Below, in pieces: positions 19,601 to 32,563 of a stretch of DNA of 64,000 bases. Each line of letters starts with the position of its first letter. Position 1 is the first letter of the stretch. Under the pieces are notes generated by a model. It had not been told where the DNA came from. It saw nothing but the letters and a program-made list of their open reading frames with translations, and searched no databases. Made by a program: the position numbers and the translations under genes. This DNA is from Lingula anatina (lineage: Eukaryota > Animalia > Brachiopoda), in contig CM120641.1 in assembly GCA_051362555.1 (NCBI GenBank), positions 8,494,001 through 8,558,000 on the forward strand, in the 5' to 3' direction.

Positions 19601-22137
19601 TGGCAGGTAGAATGCCTGCAGTGGTTATAGACAATGGCACTGGGTAAGTAAATGGCTGTTCATCTTGCAAAAGTTGCACGTTACATCTTGTTGTCTGCTT
19701 ACTTTACTTCCTGTTCGTATGATTCATGAATTTCATCTACTTAACAAGTCTATTTCATATATTGTTACTGTTATTTTTGTTTGGCATTGACGTATAAGCT
19801 ATATCAAATGCTCCAGTAAAAACTCATGGTTACACTATCAGTACATATTGTAGTGGCAAATCATTGGAATTGTACTGATTTAGTGTGAGACATTAGAGCG
19901 AGGGGTGTGGCAGAGATTTAGATGAATCTTTCCATCTCAAAATCACCGTTAACAGATGATTTATCATACACGAATCGGGCAATGTTATTGGCCTGTTTAA
20001 TTCCACAATATTAACCTTAATCTGAGAAATTCATCGCCGATTTTAAGGTGCTTTGCACACTATTTATTACTGGTGTTAGAACTAGGAAGTGATGATCAGT
20101 TGAGTCATAATGCATCAGTGGATTTGTTTCATATTTCACATCACATGTAGAATTTGTATTTAGAAAGCATTTAATATGACCCAGTAAGTGACCTTTTTGT
20201 TTCAAGAAATGATTTTGATCTGACTTCTTCCAGATAGTATTCACTGGGTAATGCCTTGAGCAAGTCACATTGTTTATAAATAAAATTTTATAGTATATTG
20301 GGATATGTTCACAAGTCGGAATCTGATAACCATAGGGTTTATTTGCCTTGCACTTTAAACATCAAAGATACCTATGCAGTGGTGCAGCAATACATTGACA
20401 TTGGTAATCATTTAGGATTATTGATAGGTTTTCAGGTCAGTCCCTGCTACAATTATAGATACTATGTCATAATAGCACAACCTATTTCAATATTGCAGGT
20501 ATACAAAGATGGGTTATGCTGGGAATACAGAACCCCAGTTTATCATTCCATCTTGTATTGCCATTAAAGAGACGGCCAATGTTGGTGACCAAGCCATAAG
20601 GAGGCTAGGAAAGGGGGTGGAGGATCTTGATTTCTTTATTGGAGACGAGGCTTTGGAAACACCAGCATACTCTGTCAAAGTAAGTTCTGGGGCTGTGTGT
20701 AGATTTTTGTGTAAAGAGCGTGTTTGGTACTCACTTCCAAGTATTGTGTGTTTGAGTGTTTTCTATTCCTCGCTAATTGCACATCTGAACTAAGGGATGG
20801 TTGAAATTTGCTAGGTATGAAACATGAGGGAATTTAGAAAAAAATTGTCTTTGATATGATATTTTTATACAATATTGTTTCATTATTTTTATTTAATGAT
20901 CTTTAATGGCAATCTTTGTTTGGTTTAAGATATTTTTAATTGCATAGCAGATTCACCATTATTCAAATTTGTTTGGTGATATCTAGATTGTAATTTTGGA
21001 TTCATTTTTCTCAGTGGCCAATAAGACATGGTATAGTAGAAGACTGGGACTTAATGGAGAGGTTTTGGGAACAAGCAATTTTCAAATATTTGAGAGCAGA
21101 GCCTGAAGATCATTACTTTCTATTAGTAAGTACAGTAACTCCATTAAGCTCTGAAAAATTTTAATTAGTAAACATTTTGTATAAATTATTATTAAATTTG
21201 ACAGTGTTCAGAATTTTACTAGCATTAGTCTTGTACTCAGAGTTGTCTTGTTGTTTTGATATGTCGCGTGACTTTGGATTAAACAAAGTGTTTTTTTTAT
21301 TTTGGTAGCTTTGTAATACATCTATATGTGTATCTTTTCAGACTGAACCTCCACTCAACACTCCAGAAAATAGGGAATATACTGCTGAAATCATGTTTGA
21401 ATCTTTCAATGTCCCAGGCCTGTATATAGCAGTTCAGGTATGGGAACTTATGCTTATATTGAAAGAAGCATCACTTTTTTAATGTGCACGTTTAGTTATA
21501 ATAAGGGACCATGCACTAATATTATCTGCTTCAAAAAGAAATCAAAATGTCACTGCACTAAATAAGAAATACTGAAAATGATTGTTTAACCTTTTTTTCA
21601 AATATGAGTATGTACTAAAGGTTGTTTTGTGTTGTAGGCTGTGTTAGCACTGGCAGCATCTTGGACATCCAGACAAGTAGGTGATAGGACACTGACAGGC
21701 ACTGTGGTAGACTCAGGAGATGGAGTTACTCATGTCATACCAGTCGTAAGTCATATATCAAATAGCTGTTATTAAGGGGGAAAAAAAACAAGCTTTTAAT
21801 ATTATGTCTTAGATTTTATATGGGTATCTTGTGGTTAATATTAAATATAGAGATGTCAGTCTACTCTTTTGTGTTTCACAGACTTACTTTCAGATGGAAA
21901 GATTCTCTTCATTGATTAGATTAATGAGTTGACAAATGCACTTTATTTGCTCTGATGTTATGAACTTGGTTATTTTCATTTGCAGGCCGAGGGTTATGTG
22001 ATTGGAAGTTGTATAAAACATATTCCAATTGCTGGACGTGATATCACATACTTTATCCAGCAGATCCTAAGGGAAAGAGAAGTTGGAATTCCACCAGAGC
22101 AATCTTTAGAAACAGCCAAGGCAATTAAGGTAAATCT

Positions 22138-22182
<45 letters not shown>

Positions 22183-24162
22183 TTTACTGAATTTTCTTGT
22201 AAACTTTTGGTTTTTTTCCTTAATGATGTTATAATTTAAAAGCTGACAATACAATGGTCTTCCAAATAGAAATTTTGATATTGTTTGTGGGAAAATAATT
22301 CTTGTTTTGCCTCTATTTGGTTTATACAACTTTCATTTATCATTTCAGGAAAAATTTAGTTATGTGTGTCCAGATATAGTTAAAGAATTTAACAAATATG
22401 ACACAGATCCAGGCAAGTGGCTTAAAAAGTATGAAGGGGAAAATGCAATCAACAAGAGCAAATTTTCTGTGGATGTAGGATATGAAAGATTCCTTGGACC
22501 AGAAATTTTCTTCCATCCTGAAGTAAGTTTAAGATTAAAATTTATCACAGCTCAAATATATGGAAAAGGGGAACCCTAGTAAAGTGATCTTAATGCTATA
22601 ACATTTAGCTAAGTTGGAAAAAAGTGCAGGTTGACTTAAAATATTTGAAAAATGAAATTATTGTAATAATACTGGTGAAGTCAAATTTAATCTTTGGTGG
22701 TCAGTTTTCAACATCTGGTCAGAAAATCGGCTGCAGAAGTGTCACCTAAATTGCTGGATTTATTATGTAAAAGACAAATTTTGCTCAAGAATGCAATTTC
22801 CAATAAATTTTCTTTCAGTTTGCCAATCCAGACTTCACCACTCCAATCTCAGAAACCGTTGACAATGTGATACAGAACTGTCCCATTGATGTGAGAAGAG
22901 GCCTTTATAAGGTAAGCTGTAATTGAGACTGCAGTAGTAATTTAGACTTCACAAAACAAATACAAAATTAACATTGTTTTATCATTTGATGACTTGACCA
23001 ATATGTAACTGTACTCAATGCTTATGTTATTAAATTTTGATCCTTACCTCTGCACCAAAAAGAGGGTGTGGGGCAAATACTATAACAATATAACTGTACT
23101 GACCAAGGCAAAAAAATTACTTATGCTCTTTATATCAATTACACACTTGATAATTTTTCAGTGACTTTACCTTAACAATAAGAATTTTTTTTTTCATTTA
23201 TATCATACTTTAACATATCCTCTATTAACTCAGAATATAGTTCTGTCTGGTGGCTCAACCATGTTCAGAGATTTTGGAAGGCGACTACAGAGGGACGTGA
23301 AGAGGATAAGTGATGCTAGGCTGAAAATTAGTGAAGAGCTTAGTGGAGGAAGATTAAAGGTGTGTTGGTCCTATTCATTGTTGGTTTTGCTCTTTGAAAA
23401 CCTCATTTTGCAATTTGCAATTTTACATTATGGATTAAGAGCATGAGGAGTTGTATTAGGCTATGTAACTATGCTCATTATGTTAAATCCACCTGTATAA
23501 ATAAAGTAATTTAAAGCTAATGACTATTAGAGACTTTTGACAAAATAGTAAATTTGATCTGTCTGTATAATAAATTATGATGTTTTGAAGTTCTAATTTG
23601 TTCACTTACAATATTCTTTGATAATTAAATCATTCATTGCAGGGATAAGTGTAGTCAAGAGTTACTTAGATTTCAGGGGGGATTCATTCTGGTCCTGTAT
23701 CATGCTTGTATTTTTTGACAGCAGATTCTGTTGATTGGTATCTCTTTCTCTCTTCCTCTTCAGCCTAAGCCTATTGATGTGTCTGTTATTACCCATCACA
23801 TGCAGCGTTATGCTGTTTGGTTTGGAGGAAGTATGTTGGCGTCCACGGTATGTTGCAATAATAATGTTTAAATTAATGCCCATTTAATAGCAAAAAAAAG
23901 ACAACTTCATATTTGAACACAGTGGAATTTTTATATTTTGAAATGTGAACAGTAGTCGGTGTGATTCATCACTAAAAGATGCCATCGTATATATTTATCA
24001 GAAGATTGTATCATTTAATTTCACTTGTTATACATTGGTTTAATATTCCCCTTTATTATTTTTCAGCCTGAGTTTTACCAAGTATGTCACACAAAGAGAG
24101 ACTATGATGAGCATGGTCCAAGTATTTGCAGGCATAACCCTGTATTTGGTACCATGTCATAA
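19600..24162 (+). CDS. ACTR3: Actin-related protein 3 (Arp2/3 complex), 11 coding exons, 418 aa
   Basis: Exons 19600-19643, 20499-20679, 21015-21125, 21342-21437, 21638-21745, 21986-22129, 22349-22522, 22819-22911, 23234-23359, 23764-23847, 24067-24162 sum to 1257 nt. [69 protein letters not shown] and [15 protein letters not shown] are Arp3-specific. Confidence 0.98.
22141..22182. repeat. (TG)n microsatellite
   Basis: Direct reading; just 3' of the ARP3 exon 6 donor. Confidence 0.95.
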
Positions 24163-26003
24163 CAAAACTGTGGAGTGCCAAAAGGGAAAGAAAAGACTAA
24201 CGACAATTCTAGAATTGGACAGCAGATGATAATGTCCAGAAAGCAAGATAAGACACCAGTAAATCTTCAGTGATCCCCCAATGGCAAAAGATTGGACTAA
24301 ATGTGAAAAAAAGCAAACTTCTGCTTCTTGTTGGTTCATGAAATTTGGCATGATGAAATTGACTCAAGAATGCTTTCCCCACATCAGAGTTATCTCTCTT
24401 TAGTCCGAACAAGATGTATGATTTTTTATTGATGTAAAGATTAATGTTATCCACTAAACTGAAAAGTATGCCATATTTTTTACAAAATACCAAAAATTAT
24501 ACATAATAGCACCGTTTCTGTGTATGTACATAAGATGCCTCTGTCAGATTCTTTGATTTTGATCATTGGCATTTAAATCTAACCAGTAACGAGGTTTTGA
24601 TGATCACAACTATGAATAATACAGGTGACAGTTTGGTTGTTGCTTTAATTGATGAGTCATTGTGGGAGCACACCATCAAAAGTAAGTGTAAGCATTTCTA
24701 ACTTGGAGTCTGCAAGCAGAACAATGCTTAATAATTCAGGCAAGGATCAAATAAGACATTCATTTCTAAAGGCTTAGTAAATAAGGTGAATGACTGACTG
24801 TTATCTGCCGTGTTTGCTTATTTTTCCAATGTTGGTATGTTAAAGAGTTGGAAGGGGAGTGGGTGAAACTGTTATGCATTCAATTTGCTTCAAGTTGCCT
24901 TGGCTCAAATTTGTTATGTAAAGATAAGTATGAGATTGTTATGTTATTGTATTGGTATTGAAGACAAGAAAAGCAACTTGATTTATTGATTTGGAGATGA
25001 AAAGGATAATTAATACATAGTATTAGGCAGGATTCAGATGCTTCTTAATATACTTAGTTTTGCATTGTTGATATATTTTGAGAGCTGGGAGCTGTTACTT
25101 TTATTATTATGATTATAAAGTCGAATTATTTAATCTGTAAAATGATATTGAGGTGTATGTCAAGATTTCTGAGCCGCCATTCCTATGCATTTTCAATCCT
25201 ACCAAAGACTAGGATAAACATGTAGGCCATGAAATATCTTTGAAACCCGGTATAGATAAAATGAAGGTGCCCCTTCTTAGTTTAACACACTTTGGGTATG
25301 TATAAAGTGCAGATTTCTGTCATTGGTAATGTGTATCATATGTTCATAGATGGCATTGGAATGAATCCACCTTAATTTACTGAAAGCATGCTAGGTTTTT
25401 TGAAGATGGTCTGTTGTTTTAAATTGGTTCCATTAACAGATTGCCTAGCCTGTGATTTTGGTTAATATAGTTAACTTTGTTATGGTTCAAAGAAAGGTGG
25501 GTTTTAAAATTTTAACCTTTAGAATAAACATTTTTGCTGTTTTGAAAAGTAAACATTTCTAATTCCTATAAAGTTTTGACAAACACATTTAGTCTGAAAG
25601 TTTTTAATGTTTTTGAGGAAAATGTCTTCCACCCCGTAACAAATTATACCAATTGACTGTTTTATTTTTGTCTCATCCAAATATCTGTATATTTGTGAGC
25701 TTTTGCACAGTTCTATTCGGTTTTCATTTTTATTCATTACTTAACATAACTTATGAGGACACTTTCCACTACTTCTCCATTCTCTTCTGTGGAAAACGCG
25801 AATGACAAAAATGTGTATGGTTAATGGCTTTGAATTAGCAAAACTATTTTTATGTTTAGTAAATTGACCAAAATTACTCTTGATTTACATAAGATTGGCA
25901 AAGGTAATTCTGCGTTGACATGTTTTAGAAGATGGTCTTAATTCTAATTTACAAGTTGGTTGTGTAAATACGATTTACTATGTACAAGGATATATTATTT
26001 CAA

Positions 26004-26009
26004 AATAAA
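26004..26009 (+). terminator. Candidate ARP3 polyadenylation signal (3' UTR about 1.85 kb)
   Basis: AATAAA preceded by TGTA motifs and followed by GT/T-rich sequence (GTGTTGGGTTATTT); coincides with the end of the CpG-poor zone. Confidence 0.5.
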
Positions 26010-28170
26010 CTCTCAAGTTTGCGAACGTGTTGGGTTATTTATATTTCACTGTTCATGAAGTAGCATTACGAGTTTTTTATGTGCTTTATTTGCATAGGGG
26101 AAAAAAACTTCTCTGCCTGTCTCCTCTAACACATTTACGAGTCTTTGTGTTGTGAAAGAATTGCTTACACATAACTTTCTTGAGAACTGCTGAGAGGAGA
26201 AAGCAGGATTTGGCCCTACACAAACGTATGGATGTTTTATTGAGAGCCAAATTCACGAAGTTCCCGATTTTTGATAGCCGACAAGGGTGGGCATAAACAT
26301 AGCTCATTTCCAACAATCTTCGATCTTTAAATTCCAATAAAACAAAGTCCAAAGTGGAAAATGTTTTGGGCTGACACTACATCTACTGTCTTCTACAGCA
26401 AATTGTTAATCAACCATGTACTCAATAACAGCAGTTGTCTGATAAATAGCGTGCCAGGAGCAGATTTCCCTGTAGAAACTGTTGTGGCGCGTAATTAAGA
26501 GAAAAAGAAACTGCGTTAAATCCCATGGCCGAGGTTTACTTGACGACGATACAAAAAGACCGACTTGATATATAGGACAATACGTTGGTAATAAAATATA
26601 TTAACCTGACTATCCCTGTTTTTTCATTTTGTTGTTATGTCCTAGCTACGTTGCATGAGGTGCCAGCATGTTGTAATGCAGACGAGCCTTTAAAAAGAGA
26701 CATTATGTTTTGGTGCGAAAAAAAGATCAAGAAAATTTCCCTGCACCAACTCTATCGATTTCCAAATTATAAAAACGTGTTATTTCCACATTAACTTCAC
26801 TTGTACTGAGCGAAGTAATATACATTCCTCAATTTCCATAGAGATGATAGATTCAAAACCGGATTATATGAATCTGAGAGAAAATATTTTTTTGAAAAAA
26901 GGAAAATTAAATACACTTCCCGCTAATAATCTTTGGAAGAATTTCTTTGTTTGAAAGTCAATATTTAAGCACCTTTGAAATATTACAGCCGACAATTATC
27001 AGGAGCCTAATTCTCAAACGAACTTAGAGCAAAAGTTAGTCTAGTTAAACTGTTAAATCAAAATTTTAGTTTAGATAAATCATTAGTAGTCAAATAAAAT
27101 TAACTGTTGGTCCTGTTGTATATCAAGACAGCTTATGTTTCAGACCAATGTAGGCTTACTTACTTTACTTAAGTGCAGCAAATATTTAGCCGGAAATTTT
27201 AGACCAATTTTCGCGTAAGGGTTCTGAAACCATACCAGACCAAAGCAATGGCAATGTTTATGTCCCTGGAAAATGTGCGTTATTTACATGAACGGCAGAA
27301 ACTGTGCCATATAGAAATCGCTGTAGTATAGGTGTGTCCTAATCATAAACCATGGCCGTAAACTACGCTGCTTTGATATTGACCAAAAGATTAACTCAAG
27401 TGCAATTTAATTCAGTGATATTCATAACTGGTGTGCATGATTTATTTGACATAAAAATACACCAAGAAGATTTCTTTTCGTGTTAATCGGGCTATTTCAA
27501 GCAGGTACATTTAATCTTCTTCACCATCATCTTTTTCTTCTGACCTTTTTTTTTTTTCGGTGTTTTGTTATATCCACTGCAGGTTCTAATTGGTCCGGAA
27601 CAAATGCTTGATATTGGAAAATGTTTTTGTTGAACTAAATCGATATATTCGTCTTAACTACTTTTTCCTGGGAAAGATCTGTATATCTAAGAGATTTCTT
27701 TCACACCATTCCGCCCAGCTGCGAATTAGATTAGAGATTAGATTCCAGCTAGGTCATTGTAGGTGTTCTGTGAATTAGTGTGCACTGGCCTTGAAAAAAG
27801 AGCGTGGGGTATTCGTCACACTAAATGCATCCCCCGCTACATCATTCGAACCCTTCATGATATTAAACTCTGAAAAATGTGCTTCATATGCGTGGTTAGA
27901 TATATGTCTGTAAAGACGAGTGTCCGCGAACACCTTAAACGCCATGGTACATGCGTTTTTTTTTTTTTTTTCGAAATACAGTTTATGTTTTATTAAAGGT
28001 TACCCATCAAAATGATTCTATTCCGTCCTTTTCACCTCATTTGTAGATCAATTTACAAGGCAATCCCCCAGGACAATGGCCCTCTCACAGATACACTCAC
28101 ACTACCTAATTTTATGGGTGAGGTTACAAAATATTCCTAAAAGTGAAGGCATTTGTAGTCTAATATATAT

Positions 28171-29126
28171 GTCACAGACCAGATCCCGAACTAGTCCAGT
28201 TACTAACCTTGTGTACACCTTGTGTACATCTTAACATATGACAGTGTGGAACATAGATAAAATTGCTTTTGTTAGGACCTAACACATTTTGAAAAAAATG
28301 TAGGATCTGGAATAGATTAGTACCATGCTAATTTAACATTATTTTGGAATCATTATCTTTTTTGTTTCTAATAATAACAAAAACAAAAGTTCAAATCTAC
28401 ACGATGTTGGCTATTTCACAACACTTTTCGGGTAACTCTTTGTCAGGTATATACTACATATACTATAGTGACTGTGATAAGGTTGATAATACATTAAAAA
28501 AAATTCTAGGTAGCTTTTTTCTTTATTTATCAGGTAAATTTTAATCAATCAGCCGTAAAAAAAACTCAGGTGAGAAAACAAGTTGCAGTGACTGTGATCA
28601 GGTTGATCAAAGTATAACAGTGCTTGATAGTAATTATTATATCTGAAAAAAGGAATGCTACATGTATATGGGAGAAAGCTTACATGACTTTCCTTATATC
28701 CTATGTATGTATGCTTTAAAACAATTTGGCAGAGGCAAAATATGAAACTTTTCATAAATTTCTAGATGAGCTTTTGGCAATTCTAATTGAGGTCAGGAGT
28801 CAAGTCAAAAATGTTTGATAACACAAAAACAATATGAAAATATTGTTTCAACAAGAAACTGCTGGTCAGAAAAGTCAGTTTGGTGCAACTTTTAGTTATT
28901 GTTACAAAACAAACGTCAAAGTAGAGGAAATAAGCCAAAAGAAATTCTTCTGCTGCCTTAAAACATCGCATCAAGTGACAACAAAATATTAATGGGCAGG
29001 TATTTTCCTAAAAGCTGTACAAAACTTGGATAACTTGGTAGATAACAAACTGTCACCTCTCACTTAATAAAATATTCCTTTTACTAAATGTTAATAACTA
29101 GACTAGATTGGGATCTGGCCTGTGAC
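28171..29126. mobile_element. About 960-bp non-autonomous DNA transposon / MITE
   Basis: Imperfect 32-bp terminal inverted repeats GTCACAGACCAGATCCCGAACTAGTCCAGTTA ... TAACTAGACTAGATTGGGATCTGGCCTGTGAC; AT-rich non-coding interior; no clear TSD. Confidence 0.7.
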
Positions 29127-30299
29127 CGATGAGACAACAAGTTGCAATTACATAATACAATTTAAGATGTCGAATATTTCATGGAATTGTCTTTATACTC
29201 AGAATCTCTGAAACGACAATTATTATTGATATCTTTATATACTATACTTCGTGTTATATAAAATGTATATGTGCCTGTTTTAAATTTTCATATTATTGTT
29301 AACCATTTCTGTTTTACGTTATGTGTTTCATGTTCAAACGAATATCTTACATGTAAAAAAGACCTATATAGAAGGTAATTGTTTGCTTTGTACACTAATT
29401 TTATATGAACAAGCAACTGGCATTGATCAGATATCACGAGGATATGGGATTTATAGATTACAAGTCAGCGTTTTTGTATAGCTTAATACTAGATGTGAAC
29501 ATTAAACAACTTAATATAAACAGAAATACATGGACGTATTGGCATCTTACTGGAATAAGCACATTCTTACCCATTGTTGCGAGGCATCTAAATGATCTGT
29601 CATGTCAAACAATGTGAATAATGTATAGATTTTTTTTTGTAAAATAACAGATTAAAATGTGCATGAGGAATTGTCTTGGGGATGTCCGGGGGGGGGGGGG
29701 GGGGGGTCCGAGGGAGGAGAGACTGCTTTTGCCATATAGTAGGCCTATATACCAAACATATTAGCCATTATACCACAGAGGAAATTTACCGAGGATTTTG
29801 CAACCCTTTAACCCAAGGTTAAAGTAAATTAAGTTGAATTAAAGGTATCCCTACACAATTTCTTGGTGAAATGACTCGCTGCAACACTCCTATAAACTTT
29901 TGCTAGAATACCTCTGTCTTAATTATTATTTCGATTTCGAGTTGGAACCGTTTTATATGGAATGTGCTGTATCGTTTGATCTTATGGATGCGTGTGACTG
30001 AACACGCTAGGGGTTATTGACTGAATAAACAAATAAACAAATTAGAATAAACACACTCATATTAAGAACAAAACACGGTGTGTTATTCGGTATAATAACT
30101 GCTGATTCAAAGATATCTAGTGAGGGAACCTATTGGCTTTGTCCTCTACAGCAAGCAGTCAGATACTACAGCACCTAAGGGACTCAATCAATGTTTCTTC
30201 CAATGTTGGAGATAATAGAACCATATTTGCTCGATCGATCTCCTCAAAGTGGAATTACGAGACCCCCATAAAACTTGGTCAGTTATTGAGATGAATTGA

Positions 30300-32397
30300 C
30301 ACACGATACGAGGTTCTCATCGTGACGAGAAAGGTGTCGAAAGACGCTGCTTAGACAACTTGATTCCACTCAGATCTGCAGACGATGCCACTTTCATCGG
30401 TCCTTTGATCTCTCACTACTTATGCATGCTGCGAAAAACAAAAGGTGAGTCGTTTTTTTCACTCTTGTAGTATAAAGTGTGTTATTGTCACGAATGTTAA
30501 TTACTGTGCAAATATTCTGCATATCAACAGAGAAAAATATCGATATCCTTTAAACTATTTTATCGATACACCTCGACTTGTGGTGATGATGTTCATATAA
30601 GCGTGAATGAACCCTGATGTGAACTCTCTATAAAGGACTGATATTAGCTTGAGGCCAGATAAGTCAGCAGTGAAGAGCCCTCTGGGACACTTCTCATGTG
30701 TCCGCCTGCGTATAACCTGTATATTTCAGGCTTGGGTCAGAATACGGTTCACGATTTTATACCACGCCAGTACACCAGCGTACACTTCATTCAGAGTAAA
30801 TGAATATAGGTCTTCATCTACCTATGGTCTCTATATAATTACGGTTACGTGAATGAGATCAAATTGGATATTATTAATGAATTACCCATTGTGCTCAGAC
30901 ACATTCTGGTCACTTGATATAGTACCATACCCAATAATTTTCCCCTGCGATTTGATCAGCTTAAAACGGACCCGCGTTGTCACACGTCATATTAATATTC
31001 TAAGCGGACGCTGAGTTTTTGATATCTTAAGGGAAACCGAACTCTGACGCTAATGGATGAGAATCAAATCTTCTTCAAAGAAAATGAGCATCACGAATCG
31101 ACCTGGTGTACAGGCCCGCTTCCCGCCTTGACAGCGGGGCCCAATCATTGCCTATCACTGGATGAGTACACTGGTATCGATTCCATAACTGGAACATTGA
31201 TTCTATTCTTTCTGGCGTAACGGTGCTATCTCCCCGGCGATAGGGGGTGGTTGAGAAGAAACATTGAGACCCGCCAGATATTCAGCCGATATTGTACCGA
31301 CACGCCCAATCAAGGATCAGTAGCAGTCGCATGCACAGAAAATTGTTTGCTAGAAAAACAATAATATTGTCGATTTCGGTAATAATAACAACTTAGTAGG
31401 GCCAAATCGACCAAATTGGTCTTGACTAAGCTCAATTGTGTATGCATAAATGAGTGCCGTACGTATGTTTGTGTCTGGACCATGTAGAAATTCAAAATGA
31501 TAACATTGCTAATTACTTCGGTAGGTGTTTGTTTCTGACTTATTATAGGTAACGATTTCTTTCTGACAGTTATTTGTTTTTTGTGTGTCAATTTATAACG
31601 TGCGTTTTTGTGTGACTAGAGATCAATAGCAGTACAAAGTATGGTGTTTTGTTTTGAGAATACTTCTCAAACAGATATTGACTGCTCAGGCAGATTGCTG
31701 TTGGATGTTTCTATTCTCCACGAAACTTCCCGAAGCACAATGCACGCTCTGTAAAGGTAGGTCTCTAGTGCTCTATATACAGGAGTAGAAGATGATATGT
31801 TCTTTCTCATTTCATTTTTCCTTCATTTTATCTATGGATGAAATTGTAAAGAATAATCCAATATGGGGAGCGTCAGCAGTCGCTTATAACCCGTAGGATA
31901 ATATTAATATTAAAATATATATTAATATGCGTTTTTATGAAGATGCGTTCAGCACCAGTCTAAGTCGTTTTAGACTTACTCTAAGAATTTGACTTAACTT
32001 GAGTAAAGAACGGGAAAGGGGTAAATTGAAGTGTAACAAAGTCACCTGGGTGCATGATGTCATTCAAACCGTCTATTCCCTAGATTAATTGAGTTTTTTA
32101 AGTCTTAAATCGATTTTAGCAAATTCGGTGTTAGATGGGCCTTGAATCTGCAGCAGAGGCAAGTTAGTGAATAAAATTTTCAAATATGTCCGCCTTTCAA
32201 GCAAGTTTATAGCTTCTTAGAAGATTTCGTATAGTAGCTCACTGCAGGTTTTTCAATCTACCAAAATATATTTTGCAAATAATAAAATAGTGATGGTCTC
32301 ATAAGCCAACTGACAAGAGCAACTCTATTGCAGCTGTCTTTGGTTGTTATTAAACTTAATAGAAAATGCATCAATATCGGTGCTTTTTAAGCCCCCT

Positions 32398-32428
<31 letters not shown>

Positions 32429-32518
32429 ATATGTTATAACGGTATTATATATCGTGTAACGCAGGGCGTGTGAAGCAGGATTAACACCGACTGAGAGTTT
32501 GTCTTTATTAACGCCAGG

Positions 32519-32563
<45 letters not shown>

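Noticed and set aside
29687-29706. Poly-G runs here and at about 49002-49018 as G-quadruplex elements
   Set aside because: Simple homopolymers with no supporting context.
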